Below are positions 35,922 through 46,178 of a DNA stretch of 64,000 bases, in pieces (position 1 is the stretch's first letter; each line of letters begins with the position of its first letter). A program made the position numbers and the translations under genes. The stretch is taken from positions 62,001 to 126,000 of IMG/VR virus record IMGVR_UViG_3300009537_002640; one strand, given 5' to 3'. The notes below the pieces were generated by a model that ran no database searches, was not told the DNA's origin, and was given only the letters and a program-made list of their open reading frames with translations.

Positions 35922-35951
35922 TACCCCACCCCATTAAAGAAATGAAGTAAC

Positions 35952-38900
35952 TTACTCAACAAATGTCACTATAGCTTCTGTGTGAGCAGGTTTAATGACA
36001 TTTATCAATTCCTCTAGCAATTCTTCCAATTGCGTATTTCCTATCACTTTATCGAATGAATCTATCACTTCGACTTCGAATCTAAATATTCCTCTCTCAG
36101 CATTGATTATCGTAGCTAAGAACTCTACAGCTTCAGCAACATCATTAGCGTTTATTAGCCTTGTGGTGAACACATCCTCAACCACAGGTATAGCCGAATC
36201 TGTATTCGCACTATAATTGATATCTATGGTATCATTAGTAGTCACCTTGATTCCCTGCAATCTTTGAATCTCTGAGAACCTAATATTATCCATTCTTGCT
36301 CTAGCACTCTTACTAGCTAGAACATCAGAGCCTATATATATCTTGGAAAAGGTATCGGTCATATCTATGTTATCTACTAAGAACCTATTGACACCGGGAC
36401 GCACTTCAGCCTGCCCGTAAATTATTCCTGTTCCGTATATCAAACCTGTACCGTATCTGATAGTTCCGCGTTCACTTCCATCTACAAATAACCTTAATCT
36501 ATCCTGATTATCTGTGGAGTTCATCTTCCACATGACCATAACCCTATGCCATTCGTGACGATGCCAATCTACGTGAACTGTAATCAGGTGCTCTATTCCT
36601 GATGCTTTAACGAAGAAATTTACGAATCCTTGCGGGTCCCTAAATATACTAACTCTATCTCCCTGAGCACTCAGCGGCACATAAGTTACAACCACAGCTA
36701 TATTCTGTCCGGGTAGTGGAGTGCCTAATGTAATAGTTCGTCTATCAACATTAGATAAGCTTCCTCCAATAGCATAATTAGTCCCAGTCTCATATATATC
36801 AGTGGCTAATCTAACGCTTGTTATTTCTCTAGCCCGCTGAGATATTATGACAGATACACTTGTAGACGATTCCAAACTTTCAGTAACAGTAGATGACATA
36901 TCTACATAGTAATGAAAGTTAGGGTCACCTTTTGTATCATCTAATGGACTAACCCAAAACTCTATCGTTCCTTCGTTGGGTGTAAATACAGAGCCCGCAT
37001 TACTTAGTATTAACGGATCAGTTCCATCAAATAATGCTGCTGTTCCAAATTCCGAGTTTACGCTTGCTGCTGTTAAAACTCCAGCATTAAATCTGTCATA
37101 GAATACAGAGTCATCCTCTGTGTCGTCATCAAAATGAGCAAGAAACAAAGTATTAGAGTTTGCGGTAAATGGGTTATCTGTATTGTAATCAGTGGTTATT
37201 GAGCGCTCTCCTGTCTCTAACTCCTCACCTACGCGAGTATCTTCGGACAAATAATCTAACACCCTAAACTCATCTATAACTCCATCGAATTGAGCAGCGC
37301 CGCTCATGTTGGTTCCTATCTGGAATGTGTCAGGTGTGCCGTCAAATCCTATTCTCAAAAACGTAGGATAGTCAATCTCGTATAAACATGACCTTAATTC
37401 ATAGTCAGAGCCGCCCGTACCATAGGTTTCTAATCTAATCAACCCATTGGAGTAATCTACCACCTCAGCAAAATCCCCGTTATTTTCAGAGATAGTTATT
37501 GGATTATTCTCTTTTATTTCCACTATACCTACAGGTTGTGTTGCGTCAATAGGAATCACTGATACTACTATGGAATCGATGGTTGTCCAATATTCACTGG
37601 TGACATTGATGCCATTTTCTGTAAACAGAAGCGTTTCTTGTGTAGCGCCAGAGTATGTCGTGCCCGTTATTATAATTTGGTTACCAGGAATATCATAATT
37701 GATATTGTCCCCCGACAAACAAATTGCTAGTTTTCTACCAGCCGAATTGTTGCTTGGTTGGCAAGGGTCAGCAAAGTACGACTGAAGTAAGGTTACAAGC
37801 TGAGCACCTATTACGGTACCTATAAGTCCGAAGCCACCACCAGTGCTAATCAAGGTTCTAGGCAATATGATAGAAGTGATTTTTACGTCATCAAGAGATA
37901 CTGGGGCAGAAGCATTTACTCTCAATGTGTTACTCATGCCGTATGAAAACACTCGTTCTCTGCAGCGCTTAAATATCAAACCTAGGGGCTTAACTATTAC
38001 AGCCTCTCCTAAACCTACGCCGTTGTTTATGGTTATTACGTGTGTATGGTCATTTCCTCTACGGACAGCATAATCTGGCACCTCAGCATCAATACCCTGT
38101 AATTCTGTTTCATTACCATCCGCATCAATTGCGAACACGGCAACGTCTTGGAAGTTAACCTCTGTAGTTATTGTAGCTGTTACTGAGTTAACACTGTATG
38201 TTAGATTTCCAAGAGTTAATGTGAACGCTCTATCTACGGTTAGAGTATTGCCGCCTACACCAGTAACTGTGTATGGTAGCCCAAAGTTAGGGTCACCTGT
38301 ACCGTCTGGAGTCTCATCTAATAGGCTTAGAGTATCACCAACCTCTATACCTAACGCCTCAAAGTCCGTATCGAGTGAACGGAAAAGAGTATCACCGGCC
38401 TCAGTGTTACCATCAATTCCTCCAACTATAGGTCGTATTGCTGAAGATATAATAGTCTCTTCTGCTACATCTCCAAAGTCGAACAAATCACTGGCCTTAG
38501 GGTTGCCACCATATTTGAATAGATTTGGAACCTCAGCACCATCTACAAACAAGTGCATTTCATCTCTTTCATAAGGCGAATTGAACACCCACGATACAGC
38601 AACATGGTGTAGCTCATTAGGCTCCCAATCTCGAATATTGTGAGATATATTATAGAACCCGGCATCGTATCCGCGAGTAACCTGGTTATCATACACTTGG
38701 AAGTTTAGATAGCCAGTACCGTCTTTAAAGATGGACATACGATTAGCATCTGGTCTAATACCCATATCAAAGATGTAGTGTTCATCACCGGAGGCAAAAG
38801 CTAACCCATCTAATGCGTAAGTCGTAGTGTTAGATAATGCATCGTATCCATCTATAAATGCTTCAAATCGTATCTCTTGAATAGAGCTTGTGATAACATC

Positions 38901-41900
38901 TGTAATCTCATTTATCTCATAACCATCAGGGCCAACAGGTTTGACTACATTGAAGAACTCTCCGGTGCTAGTTATTCTTCCGGCAAATTCATGAACCTCG
39001 TTTCTATTTTCACGCCACCTGAGTTGCCAAGAGTCATTTGTTTCGTCGAACCATATGAAGAATCCCGTATCGGAGTCTATGTTGTTAGGCTCTCCTATTA
39101 CAGATATGTCTTCACTCTCAGTACTTAAATCGAATGGTATTGCGCTTGGATTAGTCGCAGCAAATCCTATGAATACTTTATTAGGGTCGGTGTAGCCATC
39201 TATCTCTAAGTCTTGAAACGTAAGTGTGGCATCATTAGATAATCCCTTCCAACCTGGCCTAACCCAAGTTTCTATTGTCCCTTCGTTCACTCTAATGTGA
39301 GCTAATGCTGGAACATCAACCCTATCACCATTGTCTACTGTGATACCATTGTCGAACTTACCCAAGTCGAATGTCTCGGTGCCATTTGTCTCTACACCAC
39401 GCAAGTGTAAGTAGTCTCTCCCCAGAACCCAATTTTGAAAAGCTGATTCAATAATGTTAGGTGTTACATCAGTAAATGCTTCTACCAATCTTTCAATAGA
39501 CGGAATAGTGGGCCCTTCAAGGAATGACTGCAGGGTTCCAGACAGAATATCTCTGTACAACTCTCTGTTCAAATTAGGAGAGAAGTTAGTCAACTGATTT
39601 ATCTGAGTTAATGAACCGAAGTTTGTTAATAACGAATCCCTAAGCGCACCATATTTGTATGTAACATAGTACTCATCTCCTCGGGTAAGAGCGCTGCTTA
39701 TACTCCAATCCAAAGCATTGTTTCCATACTCATACGACACCACAAGATTATCTCTAAGGTAAGTATAGTCTACGAATACGTCTCCGTAGTTATAGCTTAC
39801 AATAACCGCATCGCCAACTTGCAACGGATTAGTGCTTCCAAGTGTTATTACGTTTCCTGTTACAGAATCTCTATTGATATCAAAGTAGCCATCTAGGTCG
39901 GCAGCAGGCTCAGTTCCTAATTGAGTTACGCTAAAAATGTTGTTTACAGCTCGAACGTTGTTTTCAACAGTGATTGTTTTTGGGGAGTCTTCAGATAAAT
40001 CCAATACAGTCCATACACGCCCTGTACCAGTATATGTTGCAGCTGGTGTTATCAATACTTCATGTTCGCTTATTATAGCTGTAACTGTGACATCTTCTAC
40101 CGGAGGCTTATTAGAAGACCCTATTCTGATTGTTCTACCTATGTCGGACTCAGTGAATATTGCACTATTAGATATGAATGACGCATCTCCACTGGTGGTT
40201 ATTCCATCCTCTCCGCTTTGATAAGTTCCTACTATCAATGGCCTGGTGCTATTGCTGTTTACAAATCGCTCGCCCACCTGTTCTAATCCAATAACATTAA
40301 CCGTTGTTGGCTCAATGTCTCCCGCGCGATATGTTCGTATGTTTGGGTCCAGAGAACTCTGACTTCTGTATATGTCGTTAACAAGAAGTATGTTTGCATA
40401 GCGAGTCTGTATGCTCTGATGTTGATAACTTATGTCACCCAGGTCTGTATCCTGAGATGAACTGACTGCTATATATACTATGCCATTGAAGTAATTTATA
40501 CAATAATCTCCTACCTGAGCGAGCCTATTTAAGTTTTGTGCTTCGGTAGCAAGCACTGAGTCATAAAAGAACTCTCTAATAAATAAATCACTCCTGGAAA
40601 ATAATACAGAAGTATCAAAGTTTGCTCCTATAAATCTTCCCTGGCTCCCTATCAGCCCACTGTTAGCAAGATTAATCTTCAATATGCGTAGGGAAGTATC
40701 ATTGGTTAATTCATCTGACACCAGCAGAACTTCCTGCGGCACACGAGAAAAGAATGCTCGCTCACGCTCAGCATCTCTTTGTGCCGGTGCCCTTCTACCA
40801 GTAAATGTTATAGAGGTGTCATTAAACCTTACCGGAGTATACAATTCCCCTGTAGTCTCGTTTAGTATTCTGAATACATTAGTTACAGGAAAGTTTAGTG
40901 TCTCTAACTTAAACTCTCCAACCAGTCTGTTTTCAATCCGTTCATTAAGAGCCTCTACGTGAGATAGTAGCCTGAAGTCTTCTCCATCGGCAAAAGTATC
41001 TTCGTAATCAAAGGTTATCTTAGCATCTATACCAGGAATGTTACGAGTAGAGTTTGCTGCAAACTCATCAGTATCACTGTTAAAAGTAAAGTCCAAATCT
41101 GGCACGTAGACCTTTCGATATGTGTAGTTTGCTACCGGGGGGCTAACTCCAGTGCCATCGTTATCTGCATCAACTCCGAATACAAAGACTTCACCAGTCT
41201 CATAGTTAATAGAATACTCCCCTGGTTGAGCTGGCAATCTAAGAATATCGTATCGTAACTCTCGTCTAAAAGCAGGATGTATGGTAGAAAACGCCGGTTC
41301 GCCATCAGCAGATTGTGTATTTAAGAACTCTACGCCGCCCCGAAAAGATATCTCATCTAGTGAGTTAACAATAGGAGAATTGTCTAACGTAAACCTATTG
41401 ATGATAGCAGGAACACTTTCTCGTATAGCCTGACGCACAGATGAAAGTTGCACAGAGTCAGGGTCTACATCTCTACCTAATCGCTTATATACATACGATA
41501 TTCTTATCTCATCCGAAGCAGAAGGTATCTCAAACCCTCCAGCTTGTCCAGTCAAAGAGCTAGTGGACAACTCAACCTCATCATCCCTTAGGTTAACATT
41601 GATTGATGCTGTATCTGTATCGTACCTATTGTCTCTTAGTGTGTAACCAAACGTCTCTATGTCGTATGGTATTTCTTCCGCCCCACGAACTAAAGTAACA
41701 GATATAACCTGAGCTATAGGTCTGTTGGCAACCCTTATCTTAAGTCCATCAAAAAAGTTAGCTTCATCGGTATTGCTGCTTACACTCTCGCCTATGACAT
41801 CAACAGACTGTAAACTAATCGGGTCAGACGATATAGTTTCCAAAATACTATTTGTAATAGTGGAGCTATCTACTTTGAAGCTCGCTCTACGTCCAGCGTC

Positions 41901-42509
41901 AAACTCTAGAGTTGTAGTTATATTGCTGCCAGTAGGGGTGCTAGCTACCCTGAGTATCTCAAACGCTCCGCCGTTAACAAGCTTATCTATAGGGCCATCT
42001 CCGCGCTCATGTCTTTCATCAGTAACATCAATTGATAGATAGTTGGCAGACCTTGCTGTTGATATCTCATCCCCAGCCTTTTGTAGCTGGTCGGCTGCAA
42101 CAGTAATTAGATTTCGTATAGTGCTCGGTTCATCTACAGGGTATATTTCAGGTGCTGCTCTGAACATAGCCTCCCTGATTTCGTTTTGAATCTCGCCAGG
42201 GCTTGCTATGAAGAAGCTGTTCCTATTCCCATCTTCTGATATTCTGTCTCCATTTACTGTCTGAAATGGCTGAGAATCTGTGCTGAAAAAAGTAACCTTG
42301 TACTGAACATTGGGAAATAAAGGGCTAAATGATAGGCTTACAGTAGAGTCCTCCACGTCCACTGACCTTACAGTGATAGATGGAATACTATCAAACTGCG
42401 GGACAATAGAAACGTTGGTCACCATTGTGTTAGTGTCTACATCATCATTAAACAACACTTGCATTTCTGATGTAGATAAACTCAATACTCTAACAAATGC
42501 AAAAGCCAT
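35952..42509 (-). CDS. Giant baseplate wedge protein (P2 gpI/T4 gp7-like segments) with LamG/concanavalin domains
   Basis: Wedge motifs LLTNFG..ELYRDIL..GPTIPSIERLVEAFT and C-terminal LINVIKPAHT. LamG motifs EGTIETWVRP, HHVAVSW, FDGVIDEFRV, GTIEFWVSP, WHRVMVMW, MDNIRFS. Confidence 0.78.
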   Translation of the reverse strand: MAFAFVRVLSLSTSEMQVLFNDDVDTNTMVTNVSIVPQFDSIPSITVRSVDVEDSTVSLSFSPLFPNVQYKVTFFSTDSQPFQTVNGDRISEDGNRNSFFIASPGEIQNEIREAMFRAAPEIYPVDEPSTIRNLITVAADQLQKAGDEISTARSANYLSIDVTDERHERGDGPIDKLVNGGAFEILRVASTPTGSNITTTLEFDAGRRASFKVDSSTITNSILETISSDPISLQSVDVIGESVSSNTDEANFFDGLKIRVANRPIAQVISVTLVRGAEEIPYDIETFGYTLRDNRYDTDTASINVNLRDDEVELSTSSLTGQAGGFEIPSASDEIRISYVYKRLGRDVDPDSVQLSSVRQAIRESVPAIINRFTLDNSPIVNSLDEISFRGGVEFLNTQSADGEPAFSTIHPAFRRELRYDILRLPAQPGEYSINYETGEVFVFGVDADNDGTGVSPPVANYTYRKVYVPDLDFTFNSDTDEFAANSTRNIPGIDAKITFDYEDTFADGEDFRLLSHVEALNERIENRLVGEFKLETLNFPVTNVFRILNETTGELYTPVRFNDTSITFTGRRAPAQRDAERERAFFSRVPQEVLLVSDELTNDTSLRILKINLANSGLIGSQGRFIGANFDTSVLFSRSDLFIREFFYDSVLATEAQNLNRLAQVGDYCINYFNGIVYIAVSSSQDTDLGDISYQHQSIQTRYANILLVNDIYRSQSSLDPNIRTYRAGDIEPTTVNVIGLEQVGERFVNSNSTRPLIVGTYQSGEDGITTSGDASFISNSAIFTESDIGRTIRIGSSNKPPVEDVTVTAIISEHEVLITPAATYTGTGRVWTVLDLSEDSPKTITVENNVRAVNNIFSVTQLGTEPAADLDGYFDINRDSVTGNVITLGSTNPLQVGDAVIVSYNYGDVFVDYTYLRDNLVVSYEYGNNALDWSISSALTRGDEYYVTYKYGALRDSLLTNFGSLTQINQLTNFSPNLNRELYRDILSGTLQSFLEGPTIPSIERLVEAFTDVTPNIIESAFQNWVLGRDYLHLRGVETNGTETFDLGKFDNGITVDNGDRVDVPALAHIRVNEGTIETWVRPGWKGLSNDATLTFQDLEIDGYTDPNKVFIGFAATNPSAIPFDLSTESEDISVIGEPNNIDSDTGFFIWFDETNDSWQLRWRENRNEVHEFAGRITSTGEFFNVVKPVGPDGYEINEITDVITSSIQEIRFEAFIDGYDALSNTTTYALDGLAFASGDEHYIFDMGIRPDANRMSIFKDGTGYLNFQVYDNQVTRGYDAGFYNISHNIRDWEPNELHHVAVSWVFNSPYERDEMHLFVDGAEVPNLFKYGGNPKASDLFDFGDVAEETIISSAIRPIVGGIDGNTEAGDTLFRSLDTDFEALGIEVGDTLSLLDETPDGTGDPNFGLPYTVTGVGGNTLTVDRAFTLTLGNLTYSVNSVTATITTEVNFQDVAVFAIDADGNETELQGIDAEVPDYAVRRGNDHTHVITINNGVGLGEAVIVKPLGLIFKRCRERVFSYGMSNTLRVNASAPVSLDDVKITSIILPRTLISTGGGFGLIGTVIGAQLVTLLQSYFADPCQPSNNSAGRKLAICLSGDNINYDIPGNQIIITGTTYSGATQETLLFTENGINVTSEYWTTIDSIVVSVIPIDATQPVGIVEIKENNPITISENNGDFAEVVDYSNGLIRLETYGTGGSDYELRSCLYEIDYPTFLRIGFDGTPDTFQIGTNMSGAAQFDGVIDEFRVLDYLSEDTRVGEELETGERSITTDYNTDNPFTANSNTLFLAHFDDDTEDDSVFYDRFNAGVLTAASVNSEFGTAALFDGTDPLILSNAGSVFTPNEGTIEFWVSPLDDTKGDPNFHYYVDMSSTVTESLESSTSVSVIISQRAREITSVRLATDIYETGTNYAIGGSLSNVDRRTITLGTPLPGQNIAVVVTYVPLSAQGDRVSIFRDPQGFVNFFVKASGIEHLITVHVDWHRHEWHRVMVMWKMNSTDNQDRLRLFVDGSERGTIRYGTGLIYGTGIIYGQAEVRPGVNRFLVDNIDMTDTFSKIYIGSDVLASKSARARMDNIRFSEIQRLQGIKVTTNDTIDINYSANTDSAIPVVEDVFTTRLINANDVAEAVEFLATIINAERGIFRFEVEVIDSFDKVIGNTQLEELLEELINVIKPAHTEAIVTFVE

Positions 42510-45500
42510 TATCGCTCCTCAACAACAATATCCACTACGCCTGCATCAAGGTATTCATTCCTTTCAGCAGTTATGCTTAATTTATTACCACTATCTTCTG
42601 TGCTAAAGTTCAATACTCTAACTCTATCTATGCCATTAACTGTATAGAGAGTGTTTACAATATCTGACGCATCCACTGTTGTCCCTAAGCTATTAGCAGT
42701 TAAGAAAGACGACACTGCATCAACAGAATCCTGGACTACAGTTTGTTCTTGGTCTTCAAACTCAGGCAATAACACAATGCGAATAGTGACATCTATCGAG
42801 AGTGCCTTAGCCTCTTTCATCAACACGTCAGCGGTTATTGGTCTCACAACCTCAATAGCTGTGGTTGCGTCATTGATTAATCTATTGTGATTATAGGTTA
42901 CGGTTATACGCTCATTCTCTTTTGGAGCAACGTAATCGTAGTCCACAGAATATGCCGTGTTGTTTGTAGGCTGGTTAAAGTTGCTAAGGACTATAGTGCC
43001 CTCTAGCTCTCCAGCCGGATCCTTGAACCCAGAACCTATAGACACTCTAGATATTTCTTGGAATACCTTGTCCGTAACTCTGGTCCCATTTCTTGAAAAG
43101 AACAGCAATTCAGAGTCATCAGTGTCTATGTAATAAAATGTAACTCTGACGATATCAGCTGTATTTAGCTGAGCCTCTACGTTATCTGTGGTCTCTGGTA
43201 ACACAATCTTTGTGTAATTGATAGACTCATCCTTCAGGGCAACTTCTAAATCATAGGAATTGTCACGCAGCTTGTAATTCACTATATCATATTCATTATC
43301 TACTGAGGTTACAACACCAGAGCTATTTACGTTTACTCGCTCAAACTTAACCAATTTAGTAAGTTTGATATCAGATGGTAGGGATGACACCCCTAAGTCT
43401 TTTTTAATAGCAGATTGCAAATCAACCTCAAATCCAGACCCAGAGGTTACTACAACCAGAGCATCTACTACTTTGTGTCTAGTTGTACCTGAAACAACTA
43501 TGCTGCCATTGCTAGAGGTCCCGTCTATCAGAACTCGTATGTTTGAGGCAGCTCTTCTCAAGTTGGTTGATATATCACCATCGTCGTTTAATAAATTAGA
43601 GGTAGGTTGCTCTCCTAATACGGTTGTACCTATAGAGAATTGATTGAAATTCTTCAAAGCAGGCAAGTCTGAAAGTTCAGTTTCAGAAAGCAAGGTGGAT
43701 ACGTTTGCAATGTATGTAGCCAAAACTGGTGTTCCGCCATTAGATACACTTGGGTCCAGTGTTACGACTTTTCCATCAAATGTACCTTCATCGTAACCAT
43801 CTGGAGAGAACACGTCTGCGGCATTAAACCTTACGGTTACTATGTCACCATCCTCTGCCAATGTATCTGTGGGAAGAATGATAGCGCTAGTTCCAGATAA
43901 AGTTCCATCAAACCTATCTGTGTTAAATAACTCAGAACCATCACTTACGCGCTTCATGTCAATTATATTAGTTACCGTTTCGTTCACAGCAATAGCCCCG
44001 CTGTTAACAGTGGCTATGTCGGTGTCAAAGCTATCTATACTTAGTATTTTGAATACCGGGTGACTAAGTGTTACAGTAAGTACCCCATATCCATCATCCA
44101 CTACAGTAGCTGGCTCTCTAACAACTCTATTTCCGAAACCCCAATCTATAGAATCTTGCACGGTTCTAAAGGTATTAATGTCGCTAAGGTTATCAAAGTC
44201 AAACACTCTATCAAAAGGCTTTCTCCATATATAGTCTACCTGTAAGACATCTGTTCCCACAGGAAGAGTACTGCCGCTAATGAGAATTTTGCCAGTTGAG
44301 TTCACCTCATCATCTATTTCCCCATCAGGATTTGGGTCCTCAACTATGTATCGTTCGCCTGTGGTAACATTGACAATTCGACTAACACTCACAACAGGAG
44401 TGTGCTTCAAATACACCTCTTTTCGATTGGATATGTTAACAGTAGAGTTTTCATTGGTAACAAGGAAATCTTGTGTGATGTTACTTATGTCATTAACATC
44501 AGTGAAGCTAAGAGAGTCAGTTCCATTAAACGTGCCCTTAGTTGCCTCCTCGTCCTCTAATTCAATCTGATTAGATGTCCACCTTATCTTATCAAAACCA
44601 AAAGGACTACCTCCGAAATCTCCAGAGTCCTTTAGCAAGATGTAGTTACCCCTTACGCGCCCCTGGTCATCTGTAAATTGCTCTACAAAGTTAGGCCCAG
44701 AGGAACTACCTACCACTGTGATTATGTCATCTACTGGTTGTAGAGGAAGATTATCGATTAGCTCTACCCTACGTTGAGCTGCATTTAAGGTAGAATCTTC
44801 ACCCTGCTGCCCAAGTATATAGTCGTTATCAGGGTCTGTTGGATCATTCCTTCCACTAAGGTCATTGAATATAAATGAGTCTATTTGGCTCTCTAACTGT
44901 GAGCCTAATACATATATGTCTACTTTGCCACCAGAGCCAGGTTCAGATACTACAAGATTACCATCCGTATCTTCAACCACCTGTGTACCATCCCTAATCA
45001 ACAATGGGTCGCCAGGTACAACTACCAAAGAGTCAGTCACTCCATCAAGTACTTCTATTGCGTTAGTATATCCAAGTGCCGTACCAGTATTGCTGCCTGC
45101 AAAAATACTAAGTATCCTGGTTCTAAATTCATCATCTGTTTCTGGATTAGAGCCACCCGAAAAAGTTTGTGTGTTTGTAATACCAGTGATACCGGAAACA
45201 TTCTGTGTTACCAATCCAAATCTACCAATGTTGCCAGAGCTTCCAGAGGTCAATGCCTGTACAGTCACTTCAACCGCAAATGGGTCGGTGATTGTAGCAA
45301 GCTCTAAATCTGTTCTAAGCCTGGTTGCGTTAGCTCGATATACGTTTGGGGTAGAGGATGACATAATAGTGCTGGTGGTTGTTTGAAATGTTATTCCGTT
45401 GCTGGCAGTTACTACAGTGCCCTGCGGAATCAAAATATCCACATCTAGATTGTTGGTAGTAAAAACAGCTACACCTGCTGCACTGGTTCCTTGTCTTCGG

Positions 45501-45736
45501 CTAGCACCAAAGTTTGAGGCAAGGCGATTTAGGTCAGTACCAGAAGAAGCGAAGAGAGACTGAAGCGATGATATATTGCGGAGCTGTATGTATAGATTTG
45601 CCAACTGTTGAGATGGTAAATCAACAAACAAGTCCCTTGAAACTGTTCCTGGTTTGGTGTCTAGATTAGGCTGCGCAATTCTTAATGCCTCTATCGCAGC
45701 TATAACTAGATCATTGAAGGATCGAAAAACCGCCAT
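42509..45736 (-). CDS. Baseplate J-like (gp6/gp47) wedge protein with large internal insertion
   Basis: DTKPGTVSRDL, DLNRLASNFG..R, IPQGT, GSSGNI, FSGGSNPETDDEFRTR, GGKVDIYV; C-terminal RPITADV..LGTTVDASDIV..VNGID. Confidence 0.88.
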   Translation of the reverse strand: MAVFRSFNDLVIAAIEALRIAQPNLDTKPGTVSRDLFVDLPSQQLANLYIQLRNISSLQSLFASSGTDLNRLASNFGASRRQGTSAAGVAVFTTNNLDVDILIPQGTVVTASNGITFQTTTSTIMSSSTPNVYRANATRLRTDLELATITDPFAVEVTVQALTSGSSGNIGRFGLVTQNVSGITGITNTQTFSGGSNPETDDEFRTRILSIFAGSNTGTALGYTNAIEVLDGVTDSLVVVPGDPLLIRDGTQVVEDTDGNLVVSEPGSGGKVDIYVLGSQLESQIDSFIFNDLSGRNDPTDPDNDYILGQQGEDSTLNAAQRRVELIDNLPLQPVDDIITVVGSSSGPNFVEQFTDDQGRVRGNYILLKDSGDFGGSPFGFDKIRWTSNQIELEDEEATKGTFNGTDSLSFTDVNDISNITQDFLVTNENSTVNISNRKEVYLKHTPVVSVSRIVNVTTGERYIVEDPNPDGEIDDEVNSTGKILISGSTLPVGTDVLQVDYIWRKPFDRVFDFDNLSDINTFRTVQDSIDWGFGNRVVREPATVVDDGYGVLTVTLSHPVFKILSIDSFDTDIATVNSGAIAVNETVTNIIDMKRVSDGSELFNTDRFDGTLSGTSAIILPTDTLAEDGDIVTVRFNAADVFSPDGYDEGTFDGKVVTLDPSVSNGGTPVLATYIANVSTLLSETELSDLPALKNFNQFSIGTTVLGEQPTSNLLNDDGDISTNLRRAASNIRVLIDGTSSNGSIVVSGTTRHKVVDALVVVTSGSGFEVDLQSAIKKDLGVSSLPSDIKLTKLVKFERVNVNSSGVVTSVDNEYDIVNYKLRDNSYDLEVALKDESINYTKIVLPETTDNVEAQLNTADIVRVTFYYIDTDDSELLFFSRNGTRVTDKVFQEISRVSIGSGFKDPAGELEGTIVLSNFNQPTNNTAYSVDYDYVAPKENERITVTYNHNRLINDATTAIEVVRPITADVLMKEAKALSIDVTIRIVLLPEFEDQEQTVVQDSVDAVSSFLTANSLGTTVDASDIVNTLYTVNGIDRVRVLNFSTEDSGNKLSITAERNEYLDAGVVDIVVEER

Positions 45737-45748
45737 CGCTATTCTCCA

Positions 45749-46177
45749 TTATGAAATGATTTGAAATATCTCTTCTACCTTAGTTAATCTTTTGGTTGTG
45801 ACCGCAACCCTTACGTTTATTTGCCTTAGGTCTATAGGATTACGATTAATGCTAATCGGACCTATAGATGTTATTAGCTCTCCTAGGGTTACCTGCTGTG
45901 TAGTAGATTGAGCTAATTGTAATTGTCTCAAACGCTCCAAGCTTTGTTGAATAGATGTTTGAGCTTCTACCTCTATCAAGTTATCTGGATAATTTCGTCC
46001 TATGAGATTTTCGCTTATCGAGCATCCATACCACGGATGAAACTTATTTGACCCCAGGGGAGTAAGTATCATCTTGAGCACGTCCTGTCTTAATTTAGGA
46101 GTATCTGTAACTGTGCGCACAGAGCCATCCGATTTGATGCTTATATCTCCATCCACCAATGCTAAGTCAAAAGACAT
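45749..46177 (-). CDS. gp25-like baseplate wedge / sheath initiator
   Basis: KLRQDVLKMILTPLGSNKFHPWYGC; positioned just before baseplate J. Confidence 0.82.
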   Translation of the reverse strand: MSFDLALVDGDISIKSDGSVRTVTDTPKLRQDVLKMILTPLGSNKFHPWYGCSISENLIGRNYPDNLIEVEAQTSIQQSLERLRQLQLAQSTTQQVTLGELITSIGPISINRNPIDLRQINVRVAVTTKRLTKVEEIFQIIS

Positions 46178-46178
46178 G

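Noticed and set aside
35848-35932. Plus-strand TTGACA promoter and minus-strand G-quadruplex-like run
   Set aside because: The -10 at 17 nt spacing (CATACA) is poor, and the fourth G-tract needs a 13-nt loop.
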